NCBI GenBank assembly: GCA_027068485.1
Contig: JAMOSB010000012.1
Span: forward strand, 48,347-112,346
DNA: 64,000 bases
Origin: Sulfurovum sp.
GTDB taxonomy: Bacteria; Campylobacterota; Campylobacteria; Campylobacterales; Sulfurovaceae
Direction: 5' to 3'
The position numbers and the translations under genes were made by a program. This document shows, piece by piece, positions 47,406-56,820 of the stretch; within the stretch, counting starts at the first letter, position 1; each line of letters starts with the position of its first letter. The notes beneath the pieces are model-generated. The model was not told the origin of the DNA, searched no databases, and saw only the letters and a program-made list of their open reading frames with translations.

Positions 47406-48650
47406 CTACATATACTTTTTGAGTACCTTAGGGATCTCAATGGTACCATCTTCATTTTGATAGTTCTCCATAATCGCCACAATCGTACGCCCTACTGCCA
47501 ACGCAGAGCCATTGAGTGTATGGACAAAGCGGTTCTTCTTCCCCTCTTTGAATCGAATCTTTGCACGGCGTGCTTGGAAGTCTCGGGTATTGGAGATAGA
47601 GGAGATCTCACGGTATTGGTTTTGTCCAGGGAGCCACACCTCTAGATCTATCGTCGTCGCGGCAGAGAAGCCCAAGTCTCCACCACACAGCTCTACCACC
47701 CTATGGGGTAGCCCAAGTTGGGTGAGGATATCCGAGGCATTGGCTACCATCATTTCAAATACCTCTTGACTCTTATCAGGGTGAGCAATCGCTACCATCT
47801 CTACTTTGTTAAACTGATGCTGACGGATAATCCCACGGGTATCGCGTCCTGCACTTCCTGCCTCTTTACGAAAGCATGGGGTATACCCTGTCATAAGAAG
47901 CGGTAGCTCCTTTTCAGAGAGGATCTCATCGTGGTAGAGATTGGTTAGGGGAACTTCTGCGGTAGGGATAAGGTAGAGATCCTCCTCCTCAATCTTATAG
48001 AGATCCTCCTCAAACTTTGGAAGCTGTCCTGTCCCTTGAAGCATGGTTGCATTATTGAGGAAAGGGACAGAGTGTTCGATGAAGCCTTGTTTGGCATTGC
48101 TATCTAAAAAGAAGTTGATCAACGCTCTCTCTAGCCGTGACCCCTCTCCACGCAAGACAGAGAAGCGAGAGTGTGCGAGTTTGACCCCTCGCTCAAAGTC
48201 GATCCACCCATTCTGCTCTCCTAAGTCCCAATGCTCTTTTGGGGTAAAGGAGAACTCTCGTGGCTCTAGTACACGACGAAGCTCTACATTGTCTGACTCA
48301 TCTGCCCCTTCAGGGACATCATCATCAGGGAAGTTTGGCATAGAGAGTGCCACTGTAGCGAGTGCTTGTTCTGCTTCTCGTACCGCCTCTTGGAGTGGTA
48401 CCATTGCCTCTTTATTGGCATCGACTTTGGCTTTAAGCTCAGTGATATCTCTACCCTCTTTTTTGTACTGACCAAAGAGCTTAGACATACTATTTTGCTC
48501 GGCTCTGAGTAGTTCGAGATTCGCATTGAGCTCTTTAAGCGTCTGAAATAGGGTTTGAAGAGTTTGGAGCGTAGCAGATGCTACCCCCTTTTTTTGAAGC
48601 TTTAGACTCGCCTCATCAAAGTTTTTTTGTAGGTATTTTAAATCGATCAT
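47406..48650 (-). CDS. serS: Seryl-tRNA synthetase.
   Basis: N-terminal coiled-coil arm ([13 protein letters not shown]...). Class II motifs [21 protein letters not shown] and GSALAVGRT. Confidence 0.95.
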   Translation of the reverse strand: MIDLKYLQKNFDEASLKLQKKGVASATLQTLQTLFQTLKELNANLELLRAEQNSMSKLFGQYKKEGRDITELKAKVDANKEAMVPLQEAVREAEQALATVALSMPNFPDDDVPEGADESDNVELRRVLEPREFSFTPKEHWDLGEQNGWIDFERGVKLAHSRFSVLRGEGSRLERALINFFLDSNAKQGFIEHSVPFLNNATMLQGTGQLPKFEEDLYKIEEEDLYLIPTAEVPLTNLYHDEILSEKELPLLMTGYTPCFRKEAGSAGRDTRGIIRQHQFNKVEMVAIAHPDKSQEVFEMMVANASDILTQLGLPHRVVELCGGDLGFSAATTIDLEVWLPGQNQYREISSISNTRDFQARRAKIRFKEGKKNRFVHTLNGSALAVGRTIVAIMENYQNEDGTIEIPKVLKKYM

Positions 48651-48682
48651 TCTATCTGCCTCTCTATGGGTTTAGTAGTGGC

Positions 48683-48688
48683 ATTATA
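48683..48688 (-). promoter_or_regulatory. Candidate -10 box for serS.
   Basis: The minus strand reads TATAAT about 30 nt upstream of the serS ATG. It follows a T-rich tract, as is typical for Campylobacterota promoters. Confidence 0.45.
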
Positions 48689-48691
48689 GTC

Positions 48692-48724
48692 AAAAAAAGG
48701 TAAGGGGAACGCTATGCCCCCCTT
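48692..48724 (-). terminator. Rho-independent terminator downstream of the lipoprotein gene.
   Basis: The minus strand reads AAGGGGGG-CATAGCGTT-CCCCTT followed by ACC and a T7 run. Confidence 0.65.
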
Positions 48725-48738
48725 GGATGGAGAAAAGG

Positions 48739-51078
48739 TTAAAACTCCTGAGATGGGAAGATATCTTTGATTGTTATGTAACAATCTTTACTTCCTGCTT
48801 CGACTTTATAGACGACATATGCCTGTCCATCGTAGTTACCATAGTTGACACACGCAGTCGTTGGATCATCATCTTCATCTACACAGACCGTATTGTCACA
48901 CTTTCGTGCATCATAGCTATTACTTGTAGCAGCCACATCGATAGTTTTACACTCTCCCGTATAGAGCAGGTCATATCGAAAGTGAGCATTGCGGTAGCGT
49001 TCAGGGGCATTTTTATGCCAAATATCAAACTGTACATATTCTGTAGTATCCTGTTTGACCGTATAGCCCTCTTCAGGGTTCTGTACGAGTTCTATCCCTC
49101 GTAGTGTATGTTTCACCGCCTCCCCAATACGCGTCTGCTTACCTGTATCGGGTTGGATTCCATCGAGATTGACCCAGATCATAGGGTCTTTTCCTGTGAG
49201 GTGATAGTCATACTTATAAGAGACGATGACTGTCCCCTCTTCATCAAGCTGATAGCTCTCTGAGCTAGTCGTACCAACCCACTCACGCCCATCCTCAAGA
49301 CACTGATCTTGATAGTAGTTGTGTCCTACCGCGTAGTAGAGTTCACTTCTATCGACACCATAGTAGCCATCTTGTAGCGTGAGGGTATGGTTATCTGTTC
49401 CTTTGAGTATATCCCATTTTCCCATCGCCTCATAGGCCTTCTTCGCACCAAAGACAACGAGTTTATCCGTATTGTTCCCTTCCCCATTGACATACTGAAA
49501 GACATCTGAGCGATCATTAATCGTATCTTCAAAGTTGGTTGTACCACTATCACTATCTCCAAGCGTATCGATAATACCAGAAGCATCCCCTGCCTCAATA
49601 CTACTCTTACCATAGAAGAGTCGGCGGGTCTTATAGCTCTCTTTATCCGTAGACTCTTTACCATCTACTGCATACCCCACAATCGCTCCTAGAGAGATAT
49701 TGGGACGGGTATTGACTTGGTTTCCATACTCATCTTCGACTGAGATAGCCAACTTCTCGATATACTTGGCACGGCTTGAGTCTTGGTCTGTCCCAACATA
49801 GGAGATACTGATCGCAGAGGGGGGACCTGAGAAGACCATCACATTGATCGTCATCTCCAAGGTTTTAGCATCGCCATTGGCATCTTTGAACTCCATGGTG
49901 ATATGCAGTGGTACCAAGCCTGAAGTCTTATTGGACTTGAGGGTAAACTTACTGCTATTTTCTGTGGCTATCTCTAGCTCTTTAACCTCTGTTGCAGGGG
50001 TAGTACTCGTATCGAGGATCTTAGCGACAAACTCATTCTCTGTAGCTACCGTAATCTTGGTGATATTCTCATCGGTGAGATCAACGGCTTTTCCACTAGA
50101 GTCTTCGGCTCGAAGCAGTACAGAGAAGACCTTCTCTTTGGCAGGGATCCCCATCTTAAACTCACTATCTGCTGTGATAATATCAAGCGTATAGTTACGG
50201 TTGACAAAGGTACTTTGAGGCATCTCATACTTCACGGTCATCGTCTGCTTATCGGCACTATTGTCTGCGTGATAGAACTTAAAGATACTCTGAGTATCTC
50301 CACTATTGATAAGGCTTTGGAGATTGGCTGGACCACTATACTTAAAGAGTGCGATCCCTTGCGCATCTACATCGATACTATAGGCTTCAAACTGTCCTAC
50401 ATCAACCCCAGTCAAGACCTTGGTTGGGAGTTCGACTTTGACTGTCCCTTGACCATAGGGTGCCATATCTTTAAAGGCTTGGATACGGATCTCAATTTGT
50501 GCTGCACTGTTGTCTTTGAGAGTGATTACCTTTTGTGCATTGGGTACCACGACGATAGGCAATGCCGTATTGACCACAGAGATATTGGCATCGGCAAAGA
50601 GAATCTTCATCTTAGCACTATCAATTGTTCTACCATTGGCATCAAAGACCACATCAAACTCATAGCTCTTACCGATAAGCGTATCAATCGATGCAGGAGC
50701 GGTATAGATAAAGTTGGCAAAACCATTGGCATCTGTCTTAACCGCTTGTTTCTCGATCTCCCCATAGTTGGTACTATACGCCAAGATCTCAATCAACTGA
50801 TCTGGCTCACCTTTGAGCTTCTTATTGATAAGCTGGATTTTAAGTGGATACTTCTCTGCTGGCTTATCAATCACCGTCACAGAGGGGATATTATAAAACG
50901 CATAGTCCCCCTTGACAATTGGTACTTCAGGATCAATAGGCTCTGTCGTACCCTCATCCCCTACACTACCATTTATATCGATTGTATCTATAATAGGATC
51001 CGCTTTGGTATTACTCCCACAGCCAGAGATCCCCATAAGCCCCAAAAGAAGCATCAGTGTTATTATATAGTTTTTCAT
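48739..51078 (-). CDS. Large (779 aa) lipoprotein with several bacterial Ig-like (Big/invasin-type) repeats and a Cys-containing C-terminal domain.
   Basis: Lipobox LLLGLMGISGC. Recurring motifs of the type DANGFANFIYTAPAS / DAQGIALFKYSGPAN / DANGDAKTLEMTINV. Confidence 0.75.
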   Translation of the reverse strand: MKNYIITLMLLLGLMGISGCGSNTKADPIIDTIDINGSVGDEGTTEPIDPEVPIVKGDYAFYNIPSVTVIDKPAEKYPLKIQLINKKLKGEPDQLIEILAYSTNYGEIEKQAVKTDANGFANFIYTAPASIDTLIGKSYEFDVVFDANGRTIDSAKMKILFADANISVVNTALPIVVVPNAQKVITLKDNSAAQIEIRIQAFKDMAPYGQGTVKVELPTKVLTGVDVGQFEAYSIDVDAQGIALFKYSGPANLQSLINSGDTQSIFKFYHADNSADKQTMTVKYEMPQSTFVNRNYTLDIITADSEFKMGIPAKEKVFSVLLRAEDSSGKAVDLTDENITKITVATENEFVAKILDTSTTPATEVKELEIATENSSKFTLKSNKTSGLVPLHITMEFKDANGDAKTLEMTINVMVFSGPPSAISISYVGTDQDSSRAKYIEKLAISVEDEYGNQVNTRPNISLGAIVGYAVDGKESTDKESYKTRRLFYGKSSIEAGDASGIIDTLGDSDSGTTNFEDTINDRSDVFQYVNGEGNNTDKLVVFGAKKAYEAMGKWDILKGTDNHTLTLQDGYYGVDRSELYYAVGHNYYQDQCLEDGREWVGTTSSESYQLDEEGTVIVSYKYDYHLTGKDPMIWVNLDGIQPDTGKQTRIGEAVKHTLRGIELVQNPEEGYTVKQDTTEYVQFDIWHKNAPERYRNAHFRYDLLYTGECKTIDVAATSNSYDARKCDNTVCVDEDDDPTTACVNYGNYDGQAYVVYKVEAGSKDCYITIKDIFPSQEF

Positions 51079-51103
51079 TACGGTTCCTTACTGAGAAAAT
51101 AGA

Positions 51104-51619
51104 CTAATAGAGGTAGTTCAACCCAACAAAAGCCGTACCCATATGGTCAAACTCATCTGCTCCTGCGAGCGAGTAGCGGTACCCAACATCGATATCAAGT
51201 GAGTCCATAATCTCTGAGACAAATCCAAACTGTGCACCATAGAGAAAGGCATCTGTATCCTCTTGATAAGAGACCTCATAGCTTGCATAGCCCATATTGG
51301 CACCGAGATAGGGGTTGAAGTAGCGTCCTCCCTCTTGGGTATCAAAGATAAAGTAATCCACACTCACCATCAGTTTTTCTGTGTTGTGATCCCCCTCATC
51401 GAAGTAGTTTAAAAGCACCATACTTCGCCACTGATCAAGCTGTGCACCTACACGCAAACCAAACTCAATCCCTGTCTCATCACCTCTTACACTATCTCCC
51501 TGCACTTTGGCAGGACCTGCTTCAATCCCTACGAACTTCTCACTCTGTGCCATACTTCCTGCATAGAGGCTACTACTGAGCACGGTAGACAAAAGTGTCA
51601 TTGCTATCTTCTTTACCAT
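51104..51619 (-). CDS. Small outer-membrane beta-barrel protein (8-stranded OmpA-N/OmpW-like class).
   Basis: Signal peptide MVKKIAMTLLSTVLSSSLYAGS, alternating hydrophobic beta-strand pattern, and an aromatic C-terminus (VGLNYLY). Confidence 0.75.
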   Translation of the reverse strand: MVKKIAMTLLSTVLSSSLYAGSMAQSEKFVGIEAGPAKVQGDSVRGDETGIEFGLRVGAQLDQWRSMVLLNYFDEGDHNTEKLMVSVDYFIFDTQEGGRYFNPYLGANMGYASYEVSYQEDTDAFLYGAQFGFVSEIMDSLDIDVGYRYSLAGADEFDHMGTAFVGLNYLY

Positions 51620-51757
51620 CTGTAAACTCCTTATAGTTATCTAAGTTTGGATCACTCTGATGCTATATCAAAATGACTATCTTCAAAGAATATCATATTT
51701 TTATATTTTTTAAGATTAAATATTTCAAAATATTAAAGAATTACAATGGGGAAAATC

Positions 51758-54118
51758 CTAGAGATAGACCCCTCTCTCACACAGTAGAGCAAACTCACAA
51801 AAGGTACATTTTTGAAGTGATTCACATCGTTTGGCGACAAAGCGTGTCGTCTGCTTGAGTTGGATAATCGTCTCAAAAAGTAGACTATCATACGCCTCAA
51901 GCAAGCCCACATCCTGCATTCCCCCTCCATCAAAAAGCTTAAGATATGCCATCTTGATAGTTTGAAAACGACCTTTTAGCATCTGATGATAGATAGCCAT
52001 CTGAAAATCTGTCACCATATCAGGATTGAGTGTACGAGGCTCTTTGGCTACACGACCACTCTTGTAGTCTATCACCAGCGTCTCTGTGGCATTCTGGTCG
52101 ATACGATCGATACGCCCCTTGAAGGTGAGTCCTCCAATGGTTGTCTGATACTCCTCTTCACGCACCACCACACGCCATCCTGCTTCAAAATGTTCTATCT
52201 GCTTCTGGATAAACCCCTCTAGCTTGGCTAGCCAGAGTTGCTTCTCATAGGAGGCTTTCGCCCCTTGATAGGGGTGCATCCTATCAAGGAGTTTTTCTAG
52301 GGCTTGGTGCATCTGGCTCTGAGTCGTATAGTGGTCGATAGGATCAAAGAGGTGGTTGAGTATCATATGTAGATGTGCCCCCTCATTGAGCTCCTCTTGT
52401 ACTTTGGTGGGAATCTTCTGAATATAGCGGTAGTAGTATTTGCGTTTACACTCCAAAAAGACCTTCAGACGCGAGGCAGACCAAGTAGTAGCACGGGCAT
52501 CAAACGCCTCAACGATAGGATCTTCCATCCACTGAAGCTTTGAGGGTTGCGCATAGAGTAACTCAAGGGGTGCGGTGCGGGATATGGCAGACTTCACCCC
52601 TAACTCATAGAGAAACTTAGAGGGGAGGAGATTGTCTGTCGTAGTATAGAGGATGACAGACTTATCTGCCTGCTCCAAGAGGCGTTTGTAGTACTGCTTC
52701 TGGAGGGCTTCTCTATCGAGTTTGGTAGGGAGATTGGCGAAGGCTCTTACTTGAGAGTTGAGAAACTGATCTTTGCTTGAGGTCGCAGGGATACGCCCCT
52801 CATTGAAATCTACAATCACCACCCCCTCAAAGGCAACCCCCCGTGTCTCTAGTACCCCCATCACCGTCACAAGCCCCCCACGCACATCATCTTGGGTGAT
52901 CTCTCCTAATGCTTTAAGCCACAAAAAGAGCCACTCTTTGAGTGTTAGGGTATAGGTGTGGAGGATCTGTGTAAAGTGTCGATACCTCTCCTCTACCCCC
53001 TCATGGGTCTGCCCCTTTCGCTCCCCCCCAATCAGTGAAGCTTCATGGAGTCCTAGGCTATCGATAGCGTTAAAAAAGGGTGCTATTGCCACCCGACTCC
53101 CTGCATGGAGTGGTGCGATGCGACTCACCTCTACCCCATAGTAGGCTAGTCGTGCTTTAGGCTCTGGTTCGGTGGGCTGTTGCCAATGAAGATAGAGTGT
53201 CTCTAACGCTCTGTAGATAGGCGTATGGTGATAGTCATACCCCATTGCAAAGTTGAGATTGTTGTGGTGATCAAAGAGCATAAAGTGCTCCTTAAACGAC
53301 TCATCAGGGAGAATCAGCGCGATCTTATCAGGGGCGATCCCCTCTTGTACCATCGTCTCAATCGCCTCAAATGCCACCGCTACCTGCTCCTCTCGCTCCT
53401 CAACAGCGTAGAGTGTCGCCTCAATCTTCGCTTCATTGGGTATGGCGTACACTACCCGCTTCTCTTGGAGTGAAAAGGTCGTATGGTGGTGGGGAGGAAG
53501 CACTATACCTACCGCTTCAAAACGCTCTTGCATCTTGAGGTTAAAGGGGCTAGTGGTGTAGTGGACACTCAGAGGTATATGCGTTGCGATACGCATAAAG
53601 AGTTCTAGCTCATAGTGACTCAGATACCCCTCAAGGTGGAGGTCGATCTCTGTATAGTGGCGTAAAAACCCCTCATTGAGTTGGTAGTGTGTAGGGAGGA
53701 GGAGCTTATCACTCAGTCCCTTGGCATCAAGCAGTGTGATGTAGTTATCCCGGAGCTGTTGGAGTATCTCTAAGTGGGTGCCAAACTCTGCGTAGGCATC
53801 CGCTTCACCCAACTGCTCAAACCCAACCCCCTCAAGTGCCAACTCCTCAAAAAACTTAAAGAGTGCCTCACTCTTGGTAAAAAACTGTACCAAAGAGCGA
53901 TCAAAATGGAGTTGCTCAAAATGCTCAAAGTGTGTAGCTTCACGCAGAAGTAGTATCCGCTGTAGTCTATCCACTTGCACCCGATCTTCAAGCAGTACTA
54001 CACGCTGTTCAAACTCATCGATACGCATCAGGGAGGGGAGAAATCCCTCTAAAGTTTTGTGTTGGAGGCTAACGCGACGCAGTGCTCTGGAGGTGGGGTA
54101 TAGGTGTAGATGATTCAT
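51758..54118 (-). CDS. addB: AddB-like helicase-nuclease subunit (PD-(D/E)XK nuclease with an Fe-S cysteine staple).
   Basis: RecB-family nuclease motif FKGRIDRIDQNATETLVIDYKSGR. Cysteines at FLECKRKYYY plus CTFCEFALLC (C-x2-C-x5-C). Confidence 0.7.
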   Translation of the reverse strand: MNHLHLYPTSRALRRVSLQHKTLEGFLPSLMRIDEFEQRVVLLEDRVQVDRLQRILLLREATHFEHFEQLHFDRSLVQFFTKSEALFKFFEELALEGVGFEQLGEADAYAEFGTHLEILQQLRDNYITLLDAKGLSDKLLLPTHYQLNEGFLRHYTEIDLHLEGYLSHYELELFMRIATHIPLSVHYTTSPFNLKMQERFEAVGIVLPPHHHTTFSLQEKRVVYAIPNEAKIEATLYAVEEREEQVAVAFEAIETMVQEGIAPDKIALILPDESFKEHFMLFDHHNNLNFAMGYDYHHTPIYRALETLYLHWQQPTEPEPKARLAYYGVEVSRIAPLHAGSRVAIAPFFNAIDSLGLHEASLIGGERKGQTHEGVEERYRHFTQILHTYTLTLKEWLFLWLKALGEITQDDVRGGLVTVMGVLETRGVAFEGVVIVDFNEGRIPATSSKDQFLNSQVRAFANLPTKLDREALQKQYYKRLLEQADKSVILYTTTDNLLPSKFLYELGVKSAISRTAPLELLYAQPSKLQWMEDPIVEAFDARATTWSASRLKVFLECKRKYYYRYIQKIPTKVQEELNEGAHLHMILNHLFDPIDHYTTQSQMHQALEKLLDRMHPYQGAKASYEKQLWLAKLEGFIQKQIEHFEAGWRVVVREEEYQTTIGGLTFKGRIDRIDQNATETLVIDYKSGRVAKEPRTLNPDMVTDFQMAIYHQMLKGRFQTIKMAYLKLFDGGGMQDVGLLEAYDSLLFETIIQLKQTTRFVAKRCESLQKCTFCEFALLCERGVYL

Positions 54119-54176
54119 GCCAAAAGTATACCATATTTTGGCATGAGAGAGTAGTGAGGGTGTACCCCCTACTCTG

Positions 54177-54725
54177 TTATGATTTGAGGTAGGCTGGTTG
54201 CTCTAAGTAGCCTATCGCCTCTCCCAGATTGACTCTAAGCTGCAGAATATAGCGACCCGCTTTTTCAATCTCAATATCTTTGATCCGATACTCCCCCTCA
54301 ACAGGTGAGATATTGGCAATAAGCCTATCCTCTCTACGCGTATGTGGGCGTGTCAACAAAAAAGTCACATTGGCATCTTCAAGTGGATGGCTACCAATCG
54401 CTTCAATCTTATAGCGAAAGCTATTGCTTCCTTTAGAGAGAATCACCACACGCTCATCTTTGGCTCGTTTGCTGTTTTCAAGTGCAATATTTTCACGCTT
54501 CACATCCATGAGCGTGATACGATACGCTTGATCAAACAACGCACGCTTCTGAATAATCTCATTGATATTCATATCCGCTTGTTGATACTTGAGCATATAG
54601 TTATTGGACTCTTGTACAGGCATTGAGCTAGCAGATTTGACCGTCCAGTAACTCAAGGTCATACCCAAAAAGAGAAATCCCAAAATCATATGAGGCCAGT
54701 AGGTCTTTTCACTATTTTTTGCCAT
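54177..54725 (-). CDS. FixH/CcoH-like cbb3 oxidase accessory protein (putative).
   Basis: Single N-terminal TM (YWPHMILGFLFLGMTLSYWTV) followed by an Ig-like soluble domain. Positioned in the cco operon. Confidence 0.5.
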   Translation of the reverse strand: MAKNSEKTYWPHMILGFLFLGMTLSYWTVKSASSMPVQESNNYMLKYQQADMNINEIIQKRALFDQAYRITLMDVKRENIALENSKRAKDERVVILSKGSNSFRYKIEAIGSHPLEDANVTFLLTRPHTRREDRLIANISPVEGEYRIKDIEIEKAGRYILQLRVNLGEAIGYLEQPAYLKS

Positions 54726-55341
54726 TTCGTATCCTTATTATAATCGGTCTGAGAATAAATATCCAAAAGACAAAGAGCGCCCCGATGTAGACCAAGATCT
54801 TCACATAGCCAATAATCGTCTTGGTATCATTGGGGATAGTGGTCGTTAGCTCCACATGTTTACTTGTAGCAATCTCATCGGCAAGCTCAGAGAAGCCTTG
54901 TACAATCCCGATATTAAACTTATCCTCTTTGCTGTTTTTATCCTTCGCAGCCACCACATCAATGGTCGCATCCATCACATCACTTCTATGGTAGTGTGCT
55001 ACCAAACTTGGATCAGAGGGGATGATTCCTACCCGCCCTTTCTGTCCAGAGGCTTGGGTTATCACTGCATTAGGGGCAAATATCAACATCACATAGGGCT
55101 TACTTATGTTAGCTTCATACTTCGTACTGTAGGCAACAAGATTAAATCTTTCGGGAAATTTCTCATTGGTTGCAACAACATAACCATGAATACCCGTCTT
55201 AGAGAAGAGTTCTTCACCCATCGTTTCGATAAGTTTAGAGGCTTCAGGTTTTAAAAGGTCATCTTTGAGAAGTGTTGTAGCGTTGAGTAGAAGAGGAAGT
55301 AACAAAGCAAGCAAGGCGAACCTTACTACTGCTTTGTTCAT
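54712..55341 (-). CDS. Secreted, C-terminally membrane-anchored protein of the cco downstream cluster (TPM/YgcG-like fold suspected).
   Basis: Signal peptide MNKAVVRFALLALLLPLLLNA and a C-terminal TM (ILVYIGALFVFWIFIL). 14-nt overlap with the downstream gene. Confidence 0.4.
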   Translation of the reverse strand: MNKAVVRFALLALLLPLLLNATTLLKDDLLKPEASKLIETMGEELFSKTGIHGYVVATNEKFPERFNLVAYSTKYEANISKPYVMLIFAPNAVITQASGQKGRVGIIPSDPSLVAHYHRSDVMDATIDVVAAKDKNSKEDKFNIGIVQGFSELADEIATSKHVELTTTIPNDTKTIIGYVKILVYIGALFVFWIFILRPIIIRIRNGKK

Positions 55342-55344
55342 GCG

Positions 55345-55449
55345 TTACCCTATAAAAAGGTGATTGGGTGTGAGTACAGCCCATGCAGTATACGCTGCAC
55401 AAAGAACCATACCCCAACCGAGTACTTTATCCATAATTGTAATCATCAT
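55345..55449 (-). CDS. Unlisted 34-aa single-TM micro-ORF between the DUF4006-like and TPM-like genes.
   Basis: The minus strand encodes MMITIMDKVLGWGMVLCAAYTAWAVLTPNHLFIG. AAAGGA lies 4 nt upstream of the ATG. Its stop is 3 nt before the next gene's ATG. It falls below the size cut-off of the ORF track. Confidence 0.4.
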   Translation of the reverse strand: MMITIMDKVLGWGMVLCAAYTAWAVLTPNHLFIG

Positions 55450-55464
55450 TTATCCTTTTATGAA

Positions 55465-55701
55465 TTACTTAGCATCGACAAATGCAAACTGTGCATTGTC
55501 CTTACTATCTGCTTTGACATTATCCAAGTTACTTGTAATTGGTGTTGGGTCATAGAAGTTTGTTGCACTTTTTTGTTGTACACTAATTCCCCATACGGTT
55601 AAGAAGGCAAGGATTGAGAGCAACAATACCGTTGCTATCAACATACCTGTTACACCATGAAGACCAAATACGGCTCTGTTTGTATTTTCAGTTGCTGACA
55701 T
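55465..55701 (-). CDS. DUF4006-like small membrane protein, typically linked to ccoP in Campylobacterota.
   Basis: 78 aa with one TM (GMLIATVLLLSILAFLTVWGI). It starts 2 nt after the ccoP stop. Confidence 0.6.
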   Translation of the reverse strand: MSATENTNRAVFGLHGVTGMLIATVLLLSILAFLTVWGISVQQKSATNFYDPTPITSNLDNVKADSKDNAQFAFVDAK

Positions 55702-55702
55702 C

Positions 55703-56596
55703 TTATTCTCCTTGACCTAATGTTTTGATATATGTTGCCAATGCCTTAGTCTGTACAGGTGTCATTCTATCGTGGAATGCTGGCATTACACCCAATGCAC
55801 CTTTTTTACCACTCTTGACAACATGGACAATCAAGTCTTCATCAAAGCTTGCAATGTTTGGTGCAGTACCACCCATCCCTTTACCATCTGCTCCGTGACA
55901 TCCCGCACACACACCAAATGACGCAGGCTGTTCACCCTTCATACCACCCGCTACATACGCAGCGATAGCTTCAGCATCTTGACCTGTCGCCATCATTGGA
56001 GGCATTGCACCCATAGCGTACCCAAGTTGATCTGAACCTTTTTCAATCACATCAAGTACCTGTGCTTTACTCATACGGCTTGTGAAGTCATGTGCTTTAC
56101 CAGAAAGCCCATCCCCTGTACTACCGTGACATGGTGCGCACTGTACCAAGAAGATAGACTCACCCATCTCTGTCAAGGTTGCTTTATCGGCATTTTTATT
56201 AGTCTTTTCAAACTTAATATTATAAGCCTTAACCTCTTCGTTCCATTGACCAATCTGGCTAAAACTATTGACTGGGTATCCAATAGTCCAGTACCAAATA
56301 GCCCAAATCATAGTCCCCAAAAATGAGTATGCCCATCCACCAGGAAGTTCATTTTTATACTCACCGATACCATCCCAGTTCTCTTCAGCCAACTCACCTT
56401 GTGCGGTGTCTGTCTTCATCTGGTTGATATATTTAGCAGATACACCAAAAGTGAGTACTGCAATTGCGATCGCACCGATCATCGTGATCATGTTGATAGG
56501 ATCACTTAGGTCGATATTCATAGACTTCACAACAGCAAGCGTTGCACCAATCAGTACTGCTGAGAAAGCCAATGCTTTTATCATTAACGCATTCAT
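55703..56596 (-). CDS. ccoP: cbb3-type cytochrome c oxidase subunit III (diheme).
   Basis: Two heme c motifs, CAPCHG and CAGCHG, and N-terminal TM helices. Confidence 0.9.
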   Translation of the reverse strand: MNALMIKALAFSAVLIGATLAVVKSMNIDLSDPINMITMIGAIAIAVLTFGVSAKYINQMKTDTAQGELAEENWDGIGEYKNELPGGWAYSFLGTMIWAIWYWTIGYPVNSFSQIGQWNEEVKAYNIKFEKTNKNADKATLTEMGESIFLVQCAPCHGSTGDGLSGKAHDFTSRMSKAQVLDVIEKGSDQLGYAMGAMPPMMATGQDAEAIAAYVAGGMKGEQPASFGVCAGCHGADGKGMGGTAPNIASFDEDLIVHVVKSGKKGALGVMPAFHDRMTPVQTKALATYIKTLGQGE

Positions 56597-56811
56597 TTAT
56601 TTTGCTCCTTGTTTTCACTCGGAAGAGGATCACTCGTATTAATAGGGGGACTATCGATCTCATCATCAAGTGCGATATTCCCTAACTTTTCGTAATCCTT
56701 CTCCCCCTTTTTTTCACTTCTGTAGAGGTACACAATATACCAATACAGCATCACCACTAAAAAAATGGTCATAAAGAAACTGGCATAGCCTTGAAGTTCT
56801 CTAATCTCCAT
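56593..56811 (-). CDS. ccoQ: cbb3-type oxidase small subunit CcoQ.
   Basis: 72 aa with a single TM. ATGA-type overlap with ccoP, and positioned between ccoO and ccoP. Confidence 0.7.
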   Translation of the reverse strand: MEIRELQGYASFFMTIFLVVMLYWYIVYLYRSEKKGEKDYEKLGNIALDDEIDSPPINTSDPLPSENKEQNK

Positions 56812-56820
56812 CTCTCTTCA

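Noticed and set aside
51620-51757. The AT-rich spacer with AAATATTT-type palindromes between addB and the barrel gene as a structured regulatory element or ncRNA.
   Set aside because: The palindromes are short, AT-only and expected by chance in a sequence of about 25% GC. The region is adequately explained as a promoter for the barrel/lipoprotein operon.
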